Shown: positions 26,705 through 36,333, counted from the stretch's first letter. The stretch: DNA of 37,026 bases from a virus (IMGVR_UViG_3300031974_001192:1-37026); one strand, 5' to 3'. Notes: generated by a model not told the origin, from the sequence alone. Numbers and translations are program-made.

Positions 26705-27048
26705 GCCGCTTTAAAACTTGGTCCGCTAAAGGATTTCTTGGTTAAGGACTCAGCCTTGAAGGATGGGTTGTCGCGAAGGTACTCTTTGATAAAGCTCTTA
26801 TCGCCCCAACATCCTGGCTTAAATTGATGCCAACGAAAATAATCGCGGGCAGGGATGGATGCTTTTAATTGTCCAAGTCCATCTGCTTTGGCGGAACCCA
26901 TCTCGCGGTTCTCCTTACGGCATTGTGCTTCACGCATAGCTAACTGTGATTTTTCCAGGTCTACCTCGTAACGCAAATAACGGTCGAGGTTCTTCATAAA
27001 TTGCGATCCGTTTCCGCTTTTCCAACTTGGTAAGAATATTTCCGCCAT
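26701..27048 (-). CDS. Conserved protein downstream of capsid gene
   Basis: LKASIP...W...[10 protein letters not shown] motif. Confidence 0.7.
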   Translation of the reverse strand: MAEIFLPSWKSGNGSQFMKNLDRYLRYEVDLEKSQLAMREAQCRKENREMGSAKADGLGQLKASIPARDYFRWHQFKPGCWGDKSFIKEYLRDNPSFKAESLTKKSFSGPSFKAA

Positions 27049-27063
27049 TTTTAGTATAGGTTA

Positions 27064-27092
27064 GAGGGAGGTCCGCATCGCGAACCCCCCTC
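27064..27092 (-). terminator. Hairpin after capsid gene (weak terminator or mRNA stabiliser)
   Basis: Minus strand GAGGGGGGTTCGC-GAT-GCGGACCTCCCTC; poor U-tract. Confidence 0.5.
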
Positions 27093-27106
27093 CGTTAAAA
27101 ACCCGA

Positions 27107-28072
27107 TTAGTTAAAGTAACCGTGTGCTTTTGGGCTATAGCAGGCGAGTCCGGCTACGAGATCCGCAAAACCTCTGCGACCTCCGCCACGATTCTCAAGC
27201 TCAGAAGTAGACTCAGCTTTAAGCATGTGGATACCTACATACTCAGGATCGATAAGGAGTCCTGCGTCTGCATCGATAGTAGCTGATCCGGATGTTCTGT
27301 TAACGAACACGGATGGCACGATTGCCACATTACCAAAATCTCCTTCGTAGAAGTTTACAGTCAAGCTGATCTTCTTACTCTCAGCAGATTGTGTTACCTG
27401 GTAATTAAGGGCAGTTGTAGAACCTTCCTGGCGAGCGAAGTTTGAGATTTCGCGTTTAAGTGCAGGACCTGCAATCAAGGTGAGTTGTCCGCCAGGCATT
27501 CCGTTGGCTTCGTAAAGCTCTTGGAGTACTGCGTTGAAGGTAGTCTCTGTCTGAGTTCCGGTTGTGTCGTTAGCGACATTTTGGAATCCGGCAGGTACAT
27601 CAGCAGGCTGACCACCAACTCCTAACCATTTGAGCATACCGCGAGTTTTGTATGGATTGGTTCCATCATCAGCGTCACGGTCTTGTGCGGAACAAACAGC
27701 GGCTTCGAGATCTCTTTTAAGTTCGCGAACAGCTTTGCTTTCGGCATTTGCGTACTCGCTTGCAACTCCGGCTGTATCAACGATTTCCTGAAGATCGGAA
27801 ACTGCGTAAGTTCTGCGAAGCTTTTGTACATAGTTACCAAGCTTTGCACGGTTAGCGGCTTTGTCATCAAAGGATGATGCGTCTTCGCCTTCAAGTACTC
27901 CGGCAAATGCGGCGGTACTTAAATCATCACATTGCCATTCAAAGAATGTGCCTGTTGCGTTACCTTTTTTAGCCATTGATACCAAGGGCGTTGATTCCGG
28001 TTCTAACAAGGTGACGATATCGCTGAGATCCTCACGATTTCCGGCTACTGAATATGTTTTTGTAGATGCCAT
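27107..28072 (-). CDS. Major capsid protein (SU10/DUF5309 type)
   Basis: GNREDLSDIV...TPL.S, FEWQ.D.L, EGEDA, GNYVQ, ELKRDLE, YEGDFG. Confidence 0.92.
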   Translation of the reverse strand: MASTKTYSVAGNREDLSDIVTLLEPESTPLVSMAKKGNATGTFFEWQCDDLSTAAFAGVLEGEDASSFDDKAANRAKLGNYVQKLRRTYAVSDLQEIVDTAGVASEYANAESKAVRELKRDLEAAVCSAQDRDADDGTNPYKTRGMLKWLGVGGQPADVPAGFQNVANDTTGTQTETTFNAVLQELYEANGMPGGQLTLIAGPALKREISNFARQEGSTTALNYQVTQSAESKKISLTVNFYEGDFGNVAIVPSVFVNRTSGSATIDADAGLLIDPEYVGIHMLKAESTSELENRGGGRRGFADLVAGLACYSPKAHGYFN

Positions 28073-28078
28073 TTTTTA

Positions 28079-29167
28079 TTAATTCCTTTTAAGTTTTAGA
28101 TAAGATTGATAGTCCGCCGTTGATCCGGATTCTTCGTACTTTTTATACGCCGCCTCCACAGCCTTCAGCTTTGCCGCTTGTGGAGTCTTTGCCCTAGCCG
28201 CTCCTGCTTCCGTGGATGCCACGGGTGCTTTTGGCTTGGGGGCGGGTTTCGACTTCTGTTCTTGGCGTGCCTTTACCGCATTCAATCCTTCCACCATGAG
28301 TGCCAGGGCGAAGTTTGAGTTTGGTAAGTGGTCAACCAAGGGCTTATAAAGTTTGTTGGACTTTACTTGCATGAACAACTTGTAGTCATCGCTATCCGCG
28401 TCTCCTAGAAACTCGAATGTTTGCAATGCCTGCTGATCAGATGCCTGACGCTCCTTGATCCATGCCTGTCTTGCGGGGGCATCCTTGCGTATAATTTTAT
28501 TCGCGTTGGATTTTATTCTCCGCAGATCGGCCTTGGTGTAGGTTTTGTCGCCATCCTTGAGGACATACTCATTTCCGTCATCGTCATATTGGGTCTCGTT
28601 TTCCATCCCATCCTCTGCCCACTCGATTAGAGTGTTGAGGTTTTCGACTTCTTTCATGAGTGCCTGCTCATCAGCCACATTGTGTAGAGCGTTGTCCTTG
28701 AGGAACCCAGGAGTTTCAGTATTTTGCGTTTGCTGTGCCTGCTCGGCTTGCGCTTGCAGTTCAGCGTTTTCCGCTAGTAGTGCTTTTTTCTGAGCGGTAA
28801 GTCTGCCAAACCGTTTAACCGCAGATGCGTTCAGCGATTTTGCGAGTTCGCGACTTTCCTCTTCGGACAAGTTGTCCAGGTCGATTCCGTACTTTGAAAG
28901 AACATTTTCCGAAGGTTGTGGGGACAGCGTATTGTCATCCGTTTCTTCGGCGGTAATTTCCTCAGCGACTTCCGTAGGCTCCGCAGATTCTTCAGCGGGT
29001 TCGTCCGTCTCTTCGGTGGTAGCTTCCGGTTCTGTTTCGTTAGCTTCTTTGCGCTTCAGTAACTGATCCGCAAATTCTGCCATTGAGACATTACCGTCTG
29101 CTTTCGTTTCTGTTTCCACGGAATTTTGAGAGGACTCCGAGACAACCTCTTCGGTTAATGTTTCCAT
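28079..29167 (-). CDS. Capsid scaffolding protein
   Basis: Acidic N-terminus, KRFGRLTAQKK coiled coil, Pro-rich linker; directly upstream of the capsid gene. Confidence 0.85.
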   Translation of the reverse strand: METLTEEVVSESSQNSVETETKADGNVSMAEFADQLLKRKEANETEPEATTEETDEPAEESAEPTEVAEEITAEETDDNTLSPQPSENVLSKYGIDLDNLSEEESRELAKSLNASAVKRFGRLTAQKKALLAENAELQAQAEQAQQTQNTETPGFLKDNALHNVADEQALMKEVENLNTLIEWAEDGMENETQYDDDGNEYVLKDGDKTYTKADLRRIKSNANKIIRKDAPARQAWIKERQASDQQALQTFEFLGDADSDDYKLFMQVKSNKLYKPLVDHLPNSNFALALMVEGLNAVKARQEQKSKPAPKPKAPVASTEAGAARAKTPQAAKLKAVEAAYKKYEESGSTADYQSYLKLKRN

Positions 29168-29197
29168 AATTATCAAGGCTGTAGCCTAGTGTAGCAA

Positions 29198-29226
29198 AAT
29201 GTAGTATATTGTCTTGACAATGGCAA
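29198..29226 (-). promoter_or_regulatory. Putative promoter TTGCCA-N17-TACATT upstream of scaffold/capsid
   Basis: Same hexamers and spacing as 32448-32476; sits just downstream of a terminator. Confidence 0.6.
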
Positions 29227-29227
29227 T

Positions 29228-29261
29228 AAAAAACCCCCTGCGCCACCCCTAGCGCAGAGGG
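29228..29261 (-). terminator. Rho-independent terminator
   Basis: Minus strand CCCTCTGCGC-loop-GCGCAGGGGG followed by T6. Confidence 0.75.
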
Positions 29262-29282
29262 CAAGTCACGATTGGGAACGAG

Positions 29283-29510
29283 CTAAAGCTTGTAGAAAGT
29301 GTCCAATTCCTCGTCTATCGCTTCGAGCTTCCCTGTGATGTAAAAGTGTCTGTTTGTGTCTGCAATGTTCTCAGGAGTCTGCAACGCCCGGATAGTTTCT
29401 TCACGCATACTTTCACGCATTTCAATATATCTTTTGAAGTTGGGGTCGTTCCGGAGAGTGGACAGCGCTCTAATCGCATCTTCATGGTCTATTTCGTGAT
29501 TTGTTTTCAT
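29283..29510 (-). CDS. Conserved small protein of the portal-scaffold interval
   Basis: L..L.NDPNF...I...RE..I...G.LEAID pattern. Confidence 0.7.
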   Translation of the reverse strand: MKTNHEIDHEDAIRALSTLRNDPNFKRYIEMRESMREETIRALQTPENIADTNRHFYITGKLEAIDEELDTFYKL

Positions 29511-29629
29511 TTATAGTTCTCGTAGACTAGGTTCAGAATCGCAAACATGGTGTCTAGGATGACATCTCGTTCGATGAAGAACATCGCAAGCAGTACAATC
29601 CAATAGATTTCCTTCTGCAAATGAGACAT
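29507..29629 (-). CDS. Small membrane protein (MSHLQKEIYWIVLLAMFFIERDVILDTMFAILNLVYENYK)
   Basis: Not in ORF track; ATGA coupling; fills the gap exactly. Confidence 0.6.
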   Translation of the reverse strand: MSHLQKEIYWIVLLAMFFIERDVILDTMFAILNLVYENYK

Positions 29630-29630
29630 C

Positions 29631-29981
29631 TCATGCTTTTCTTCTGACGGGTTTTACGCGCCTGCCCATACCCACTTTACGCTTTTCCGCTTTCTTGCGG
29701 GCTAGCTGACTCTTGGACATTTCGCTTTTTGTTTTTGGGGTTTTCTTGGAAACTCTTTTGGTGGGGCGACAATATTCATTCTTGCCTCCCTGTCCGCATG
29801 GTTTACCGCTACGGGTATCCTTCCATTTCTCATCCTTCCATCTTTTGAGGGATGCACCTTTGGCGGACTTCTTTACCTGGCCTTTTGCTTTTCGGCACTT
29901 CGCAATCTGTTGGGACGCACGGGCAGATGGGAATACTTTTACCCGTGCTTTTACTTTCTTATAACATGCGTCCTTTGGCAT
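29631..29981 (-). CDS. Highly basic protein
   Basis: KDACYKKVK...FPSA, SLKRW..EKW, KPCG, YCRP.KRVSKKTPKT. Confidence 0.8.
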   Translation of the reverse strand: MPKDACYKKVKARVKVFPSARASQQIAKCRKAKGQVKKSAKGASLKRWKDEKWKDTRSGKPCGQGGKNEYCRPTKRVSKKTPKTKSEMSKSQLARKKAEKRKVGMGRRVKPVRRKA

Positions 29982-30242
29982 CTAGCAGTTCCACATTTTC
30001 CGTGACCAATAATTAGCACTTAATTTAGTACTTTTCCCTTTGATGCCACCACTCCTTGCACAATAACTCTTTTTGCGAGCAGGGTTATTTTTCTTAATAC
30101 TAAGATTAGCATCTCCAAAACGGATAGTTTTCTTCTTACCGCCCTCAGATGCTAAGACTACAAACTTCTTTTTACCGTAGCCAGGCTCACCTTTGCGGAT
30201 TCGTCTTGGCGAATTTACTTTAGTTGGTCTACCGCTTGCCAC
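29982..30242 (-). CDS. Highly basic protein (start revised to GTG 30242)
   Basis: KKFVV, TIRFGD, RKKSYCAR, SANYWSRKMWNC. Confidence 0.75.
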   Translation of the reverse strand: MASGRPTKVNSPRRIRKGEPGYGKKKFVVLASEGGKKKTIRFGDANLSIKKNNPARKKSYCARSGGIKGKSTKLSANYWSRKMWNC

Positions 30243-30342
30243 GCTTTTTGACCATCTTCTTTCCGGTCTTCTTCGCATAAGCTTTAGCCGCCGCTTTACC
30301 TTTTGTGCCGTAACCGAATTTTTTCTTACCTACCATTGGCAT
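30229..30342 (-). CDS. 37-aa Lys-rich peptide (MPMVGKKKFGYGTKGKAAAKAYAKKTGKKMVKKRGKR)
   Basis: Not in ORF track; AAAGGGA leader after the portal stop. Confidence 0.7.
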   Translation of the reverse strand: MPMVGKKKFGYGTKGKAAAKAYAKKTGKKMVKKRGKR

Positions 30343-30357
30343 AATATATGTCCCTTT

Positions 30358-32436
30358 CTATGCCGCTTCTGTCTGAGCGGTTTGTCCGAATTGTGTGGGA
30401 GCCGCACCGAGTCTGCCAATTTCAGCATTTTGTTTCTGCTGAATCTGCATCTGACGCTGTTGCATATATGTCTGAATACGCTCCTGTAAAGCCGGATCTT
30501 GTTGTGCCTTCTGTTGAATATCAGGCTGTGATAACCATTGTTGAAATACTTGCATCTTCATCTCATGCGAATCCTGCGGACGAACATTGGGAGGTACTCC
30601 TGCCACTAACTCAGCAATTGTCTGCCTCTCCTCATCCACCGCTTTCTGCGATGCTGTCTCCTTGGGGATCATGATCTTCTCGGATGCACCAGGCATGATC
30701 TGCCCTACTGCGATCTGTAACATCTTCTCGGTATCCAATGTGCCTGATCTGTCGAGTGCAGGGGCAAGCTCGGCAATCGCTTTTACGCGCTCAAGCATTT
30801 GTGCGGGATCTTGTGTCGCCACATCAAACTGCAAGTAAAAGTCGAATCTTTCTCCGGGTCTGCCCTTATTAAACTTCTGTATGTCCTGCATTCCGGTGAC
30901 GCGGAAAAACTCTGCATCGGGTCCGTACTGCTGATACAGAGTCCATACTTGGTCGATCACATACTTCAGGTGATTAAATACCTTATTGATCGTGGCCTGC
31001 TGTTTGTTCTGTGCTTCCACAGGATCAACCCCTGGGGCATTATTTCCCATATAGCGGTCAAATAATTCCTGTATATATCTACGGACTTCCACATTACCGC
31101 CATCAAATGGAGGTGTGTTTGCCCAACGGATCTCGCCAGGTGTACGATAAGGGATACGAACTCCAGGACCATACTTACTTGGAGGTCTTCCAAGCGGATG
31201 TTCCAAAGGTGGTAAAGTGGCTAATGATTGACGATCAACTAATGCATCACTCTCAATCTTCGCTACCTGCTGTAAAGGTTCTCCGACTTCAGGGATTGAG
31301 CGGGAGGAATAAAGTCTTTTGCTTACATTCTCATATTTAGTAACCACGAATGGATACTTACCATGAGCGTAATCCATAAGTTCATGCTTGGCATACAACT
31401 CAGGAATATCGGGATGAAAGATTGTGCAGTAGATACCGGGAACTCCATCCTCATCGAGCAGTCTTTGATAACAGTACACTATTCTAATAGTCTCATCATC
31501 ATCACGAATGACCGCATCTTCCTGCCTGATGTTATACAAACTATTATCCGCCTGTGTATGCTTGGCTAGGTCTTTTGCTCTTTCCACAAAATCTGCATCC
31601 CACCCTTCCGTACTCATCTTTGACTCCAACTGCTCCGGAGTCATGTGCAATACATGGAAGCAGTATGGTGCCTCCTGTGGATCGATTGTATAGTTGGGCC
31701 AAATAACATCCTCATCCGGTGCCAACGCTTTGATGCGTGGTCGGTTTACAACCTGGCGGGTAATAGGGACTGTGGTTGTGCCATCCTTGCGAAGCTCGCG
31801 GAGCATCGCTTTTGCTTTGGCCTTGGATACTTTAAATTGATCTTTTAGTGCGGATGATAATTCCTCATCCATACTGCCATCCTGGATCGCTTGTGCGATC
31901 TGTGGAAGTACCTGTGCGATCTCATCCAGGCGGATGGTTTGTTGCTGTTTAAGTTCCTTGGAGTCCCAATAAACATAATGGACCATCAGGCCCTTCTCGA
32001 AAAAGTGGTTAAGTCCGAGTTCCAATTGATCGTAAAACTCCTCCATCTTGGAGTTCATTAACCATCGCAGGAACATCGATATCACATTTGCACGCTCGAT
32101 ATCACCTGATTCCACAGGGGTAGCCACGATATGTGCGGATCTTACCGCATTGGTGGACATCGCCACGCACTTATTTATCTGATTATCCACCATGCGGATT
32201 TCCTGATCAGATGCCCCATCCCACGGAAATACATCTCCGGTGGAACTTAGGTGGGAGTGCTTTTTGAAATCATCTGACTTCCCTGCCCATAAGCAGTTCC
32301 TTACATCGTAATCTCTTTGTCTACGGTCTAACCATTCGCCCAACTCCGACTGAGTCCTGCGATAAGTTTCCGCAAGATAGTCAACATCAGGCTCCTTACT
32401 GACATATAAAAGTTCGGGATCGGCGGCAGACTGCAT
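30358..32436 (-). CDS. Portal protein (start revised to MQSAAD)
   Basis: Immediately downstream of terL; FPWDGASD, YPFV, SRSIPE; Q-rich barrel-like C-terminus. Confidence 0.88.
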   Translation of the reverse strand: MQSAADPELLYVSKEPDVDYLAETYRRTQSELGEWLDRRQRDYDVRNCLWAGKSDDFKKHSHLSSTGDVFPWDGASDQEIRMVDNQINKCVAMSTNAVRSAHIVATPVESGDIERANVISMFLRWLMNSKMEEFYDQLELGLNHFFEKGLMVHYVYWDSKELKQQQTIRLDEIAQVLPQIAQAIQDGSMDEELSSALKDQFKVSKAKAKAMLRELRKDGTTTVPITRQVVNRPRIKALAPDEDVIWPNYTIDPQEAPYCFHVLHMTPEQLESKMSTEGWDADFVERAKDLAKHTQADNSLYNIRQEDAVIRDDDETIRIVYCYQRLLDEDGVPGIYCTIFHPDIPELYAKHELMDYAHGKYPFVVTKYENVSKRLYSSRSIPEVGEPLQQVAKIESDALVDRQSLATLPPLEHPLGRPPSKYGPGVRIPYRTPGEIRWANTPPFDGGNVEVRRYIQELFDRYMGNNAPGVDPVEAQNKQQATINKVFNHLKYVIDQVWTLYQQYGPDAEFFRVTGMQDIQKFNKGRPGERFDFYLQFDVATQDPAQMLERVKAIAELAPALDRSGTLDTEKMLQIAVGQIMPGASEKIMIPKETASQKAVDEERQTIAELVAGVPPNVRPQDSHEMKMQVFQQWLSQPDIQQKAQQDPALQERIQTYMQQRQMQIQQKQNAEIGRLGAAPTQFGQTAQTEAA

Positions 32437-32447
32437 ATGCGTAGCAT

Positions 32448-32476
32448 AATGTAACCTTTTGTAGTTGACATGGCAA
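32448..32476 (-). promoter_or_regulatory. Putative promoter TTGCCA-N17-TACATT upstream of portal
   Basis: Twin of 29198-29226. Confidence 0.55.
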
Positions 32477-32477
32477 G

Positions 32478-34157
32478 TCAATATCCTCCACCACCTGTAC
32501 ACATAAGGCTTCCACCACCCACATAGTCAGGTCCGCTGACCATTAGGTATCTGATAGTATCAACAAAGTCCTTAAAATGCTCCTGACGGGAACTGCCCGT
32601 ATATTCAAGCATCGAGGTAATAAAGTTATCACACCTGTCAGACACAAAGAGTTTCGGCTTATTCTTCTCCGACATCGGCTCCGTATCATCCCATGCCAGG
32701 GCATCGTTGATCTTCGCAATACCCGCCTCCACTTCCACGCCCGGTGCAGGTCGCATAACAAAGTCAAGGTTCGCCATCGTGTTAATTATATTACTCTCCC
32801 CCTCCTTTTCGCGCACCGTGGCGGCTCCCATACGGGGGTCAACAATTCGCTCAAAGATATCCTCGCCTTCCTCTAGTGCCTCGAAATGCTCTTTATATGC
32901 GGCATATCCAAATCCAAGCGGACGCTGTGCAGGACCCGGTTTACCCACGCTCTTGCCCAACCCATTCACATGTGGCAATGCCCATTGGCCCATCGAGGAA
33001 TCAGGGAACTCGCGGTACACATAGATCGTACCATCCTCCAGGACTGCCGCCCATATCGCCACCCACGGTTTACTCCCACCGGGATCGCACACGAAGTACC
33101 GGGTAGTCCGTACCGTAGGATCGGCGATGAAGGGGATTCGTTCATGGGGGACGACATTGGTGTCGCGGTTGAACTTAGGGAATCTCCCCTCCATCGCCTT
33201 GCTAGGGATGCCATATAGGCGAGCGAGTTTTACCTCTTGTGGTTGCTTGGAGTAGGTTCGGATGAGTTCGTTATAATCAACAAACGGGGACATTTCTGAC
33301 CAAAAATAATAAATTCGACAATCAGGCCAATTGGTGGATATCTGCTCTACCGGTAACTCACGCCCCATCAATTCGCTGTATCGCGACTCCACAGTCTCCG
33401 CTCCTTTCAACAGACTATTAATCAATGGGGTCCACCCCTGCAATGTGGTGAAGGTTAACAGCACCCGTCCGTGGTAATCCACCGTTCTACCTCCTACCAA
33501 TGTTTCAAAGATACTCTCAGGTGCCTCCTCATCCATATGGATACAATGTGCTGACCATCCCTCGAATATCTGAGGGTCTGCCTGATACTGCCTGTAGTTA
33601 TTAAAAGATATTGTACTTCCCCGTTCCGCACCTGGTGTGGTTGGTGGTAGGATCGCTTTGGCGGAGTTAAATCCATTCTTCTGTGTATACTGCAAGGAAT
33701 GATTCTCGCTCTTCTTCTTTGCCCGTTTGTACCTCATGGGAAGTGCTTCCCATATGTACCTTTGGGCATCCGAAATACTTCGCTCCTCCGATACATGCAA
33801 AGAACGAATCTCAGCTTCCGGGATAGTCTGTGCCATATGCACAAGCAGACGGGACGCGAAAGTTGTCTTGGAACTCCGATTACCGCCGAGGACCACATGG
33901 ATCTTCGTATCCTTCCAATTATCCATCACCCGCCTCCAACCGGGAAGAGTCCATCCCCATTGAATGGGATCTTCCTTCTCCGACTCCGGTTGGTCCAATA
34001 TCAAACGGGACAAAGTCTCTGCGCGCTCCTGCGGTAAGGCATCGATCTCCTCACTCGATAATGCACACGCAAGCTCGCCCTTCTCATACTTCAGATCAGG
34101 TATCCACGGAATACCAAAGTGAGCATCTACCTCATCTGCGTAGGTTATCTTAGGCAT
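32478..34157 (-). CDS. terL: Terminase large subunit
   Basis: Walker A GGNRSSKT, Walker B IHMDEE, motif C TFTT, nuclease CDPG...DP...KDFVDTIRY. Confidence 0.93.
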   Translation of the reverse strand: MPKITYADEVDAHFGIPWIPDLKYEKGELACALSSEEIDALPQERAETLSRLILDQPESEKEDPIQWGWTLPGWRRVMDNWKDTKIHVVLGGNRSSKTTFASRLLVHMAQTIPEAEIRSLHVSEERSISDAQRYIWEALPMRYKRAKKKSENHSLQYTQKNGFNSAKAILPPTTPGAERGSTISFNNYRQYQADPQIFEGWSAHCIHMDEEAPESIFETLVGGRTVDYHGRVLLTFTTLQGWTPLINSLLKGAETVESRYSELMGRELPVEQISTNWPDCRIYYFWSEMSPFVDYNELIRTYSKQPQEVKLARLYGIPSKAMEGRFPKFNRDTNVVPHERIPFIADPTVRTTRYFVCDPGGSKPWVAIWAAVLEDGTIYVYREFPDSSMGQWALPHVNGLGKSVGKPGPAQRPLGFGYAAYKEHFEALEEGEDIFERIVDPRMGAATVREKEGESNIINTMANLDFVMRPAPGVEVEAGIAKINDALAWDDTEPMSEKNKPKLFVSDRCDNFITSMLEYTGSSRQEHFKDFVDTIRYLMVSGPDYVGGGSLMCTGGGGY

Positions 34158-35116
34158 AACTGCATTTGATCCTCCCTTGGTTTAGATCGCATAGATGAAT
34201 CATATTTTTCCCAAGGCACAAATTGGTAATATCTGCGGTTAACCCATCTCTGAAATTTTTTTAACTCAGGCTTATCACGATCATAAACCATTGGGTAAGG
34301 CAGTACTCCTGCGTCATTTAACTTATTAAATCTCCAAAGAATATCATCCATTGTTTCTCCGGGCCAATAACCTATTAGCATATAAACCATAATCTCTCTT
34401 GGCTTTATGCCTGCATCTAAAAGAATATCTAAACCATTAAAGAATCTTTTCTCGTCCTTCGGATTATCCCATGCAGTATGCAATCTTCTATATTTAAATT
34501 TAGCTTCAAAAAACTGCATATCTTTAAGAGCTTTTGCACCTTCTTTGTGTATTAGCCTAGCGTTCATCCCTTGATTTATATTTATTTTAAAGCCACCCTC
34601 TAGTATCTCGTCTGCTTTCTGTTGCCAATCAGGTTGCCCGAAAAAGTCGTTGTCTAATAAAATGATTTCTTTGGGGTGAGGATCTCCTCGCCATATTTGA
34701 TGTATAGGTCCGTTATCTCGATTTTTACCCTCCTTTCCCGGTACAACACAAAATTTACACGCTAGGCGGCAACCTCTCTGACTAAAGCCTATACTATGTT
34801 TGAACTTAGGATATATCGAGTAATCAAAGTATTCATAAGGACCACCTGTTATATCCTCAATAGTCATTGTCGATTTAGTGCCTGTACCTCCAACAATAGC
34901 TTGTGGAAATTCCTGTAAAAATCTCTCTAGTTTAGGCTTAGTCCATTGGAATATAGCAGAACCATAAACAATATCATATTCAGGTTCAAACAACTCACGC
35001 TCCCATGATTTACTAAAAAACACATCATCGCCTTGTGCTTTATGCCAATGAGACAACTTCATTAAAGCAATATTAGGAAGCGATCCGTCTAGTTGTGTTA
35101 TTCTTATCTTAGGCAT
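34145..35116 (-). CDS. Radical SAM protein
   Basis: RGCRLACKFCVVP (CxxxCxxC), LLDNDF, QGMNARL, MVYML.G; N-terminal PNIALMKLS.WHK.QGD.V and VGGTG resembling a reduced B12-binding-like domain. Confidence 0.9.
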   Translation of the reverse strand: MPKIRITQLDGSLPNIALMKLSHWHKAQGDDVFFSKSWERELFEPEYDIVYGSAIFQWTKPKLERFLQEFPQAIVGGTGTKSTMTIEDITGGPYEYFDYSIYPKFKHSIGFSQRGCRLACKFCVVPGKEGKNRDNGPIHQIWRGDPHPKEIILLDNDFFGQPDWQQKADEILEGGFKININQGMNARLIHKEGAKALKDMQFFEAKFKYRRLHTAWDNPKDEKRFFNGLDILLDAGIKPREIMVYMLIGYWPGETMDDILWRFNKLNDAGVLPYPMVYDRDKPELKKFQRWVNRRYYQFVPWEKYDSSMRSKPREDQMQLCLR

Positions 35117-35540
35117 ACCCCTCCACTATCGTGCAATCCTTTGGGTCTATACGGAAGATTGGTTCTATATCCTGGGGATCGCGGGTTGCTCGCGTCCTGC
35201 CTCCTAGTTCAAACTTATAATCCTTACTGAAATCCCATGTGTGAAAACATAATGCATCCTTGCATCTGAAAATCAGAGTGAACTTCTTACCGCTTGTCTC
35301 GTATAACTGCTTTGCCGCCTCGATCTTCTTGTAGCTAATCATAAACGGGAACTGCCCATAATTAATATTTAAACACTTTAACTCCGCCCATCCGTAGTGA
35401 TCGCCCTTCTCAATGAGGAAATCCACCTTGTACTTAATCGGATTAAGCTTATGGAACACACAATCCCATACCTTGCTCAGAAATCCACATACCTCCTTCT
35501 CATTATCGAGGTCTGCCTGTGTCTCGTACTTGGGTCTCAT
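35109..35540 (-). CDS. PD-(D/E)XK-fold nuclease-like protein
   Basis: E...YKVDF...WAELKC...IS..K; C-terminal GGR...D.EP. Confidence 0.7.
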   Translation of the reverse strand: MRPKYETQADLDNEKEVCGFLSKVWDCVFHKLNPIKYKVDFLIEKGDHYGWAELKCLNINYGQFPFMISYKKIEAAKQLYETSGKKFTLIFRCKDALCFHTWDFSKDYKFELGGRTRATRDPQDIEPIFRIDPKDCTIVEGYA

Positions 35541-35782
35541 GCCCTCGCCTGTATCTCCATACCCACCACTATCGCTTCTTTGAGCGTTTGGACCGGGATT
35601 TGCGCTTCTCCGACACAGAAGCCTTCCGTATCCGTTCCAATGTCTCTTGGTCGAATTTCGATGGTGGGGGACCCAGGCTTTTCAAGTCGGGTCGTGGTAA
35701 GTTTTGTACGGATAGTGGTATTGCTCGCCCATACTTTTTCCAAAAAATCGGATTCCATCCCGGTGGTACTTTCACTTTGCAT
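35537..35782 (-). CDS. Hypothetical protein
   Basis: Tiles with neighbours; the overlapping ORF 35569-35775 is an alternative. Confidence 0.45.
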   Translation of the reverse strand: MQSESTTGMESDFLEKVWASNTTIRTKLTTTRLEKPGSPTIEIRPRDIGTDTEGFCVGEAQIPVQTLKEAIVVGMEIQARA

Positions 35783-35960
35783 GACTCGCCTTTGCCTCGA
35801 TTACCTCGCTAAATAAATCACAGCATCTCTTCTTAAGTTCCGCATTCTCCCTCTCCAACTGCTCCACCTTCTTCTTCAGTTCGAGATTATCCTCGGATAA
35901 ACGACCCACCCATTGGGGCCAACCTTCCACCTTCTCCCCCGTTGGTTTGTACACATTCAT
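35772..35960 (-). CDS. Hypothetical coiled-coil protein
   Basis: GAGGAGG RBS; ATGA coupling. Confidence 0.65.
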   Translation of the reverse strand: MNVYKPTGEKVEGWPQWVGRLSEDNLELKKKVEQLERENAELKKRCCDLFSEVIEAKASHAK

Positions 35961-36148
35961 TCCTCCTCTTCTTCCTCGTCTTCCACCAACTCGATATCAC
36001 TATCAAAAGAGATCACCTGCTCATCGTAGTATTCCCGTAATGCCTTCTTGCACGCATCGATAATACTATCATCGAACAAATCACTCTCCTCTTCCCACCT
36101 ATGGAAAGTATTCTTTAATTCATGTATTAATTTTCTTTTTGCGTTCAT
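35957..36148 (-). CDS. Hypothetical acidic-tailed protein
   Basis: ORF within the operon. Confidence 0.65.
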   Translation of the reverse strand: MNAKRKLIHELKNTFHRWEEESDLFDDSIIDACKKALREYYDEQVISFDSDIELVEDEEEEEE

Positions 36149-36332
36149 TTTTAAAATCTAATTCCGTTCGTGCCTTGGGCATCTTTCGCTGAATATCCGT
36201 CCTCCAGGTATTGGCGGGACAATCGGGATCTCGCTCACCCTCGCGGTAGCGTAACTCGCAATTCGACCAAAACCTTCGCCATCCACGGTTGATCTCTTCC
36301 GTGCTAAGAAGTGTGCCATATAGATAATCCAT
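36120..36332 (-). CDS. Hypothetical protein (start probably MDYLYG)
   Basis: Follows the lipoprotein stop at 36334. Confidence 0.55.
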   Translation of the reverse strand: MDYLYGTLLSTEEINRGWRRFWSNCELRYREGERDPDCPANTWRTDIQRKMPKARTELDFKNERKKKINT

Positions 36333-36333
36333 G

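Noticed and set aside
32437-32502. N-terminal extension of the portal ORF as given in the track
   Set aside because: It overlaps the terL end and the promoter/operator array; ATG 32436 is more plausible.
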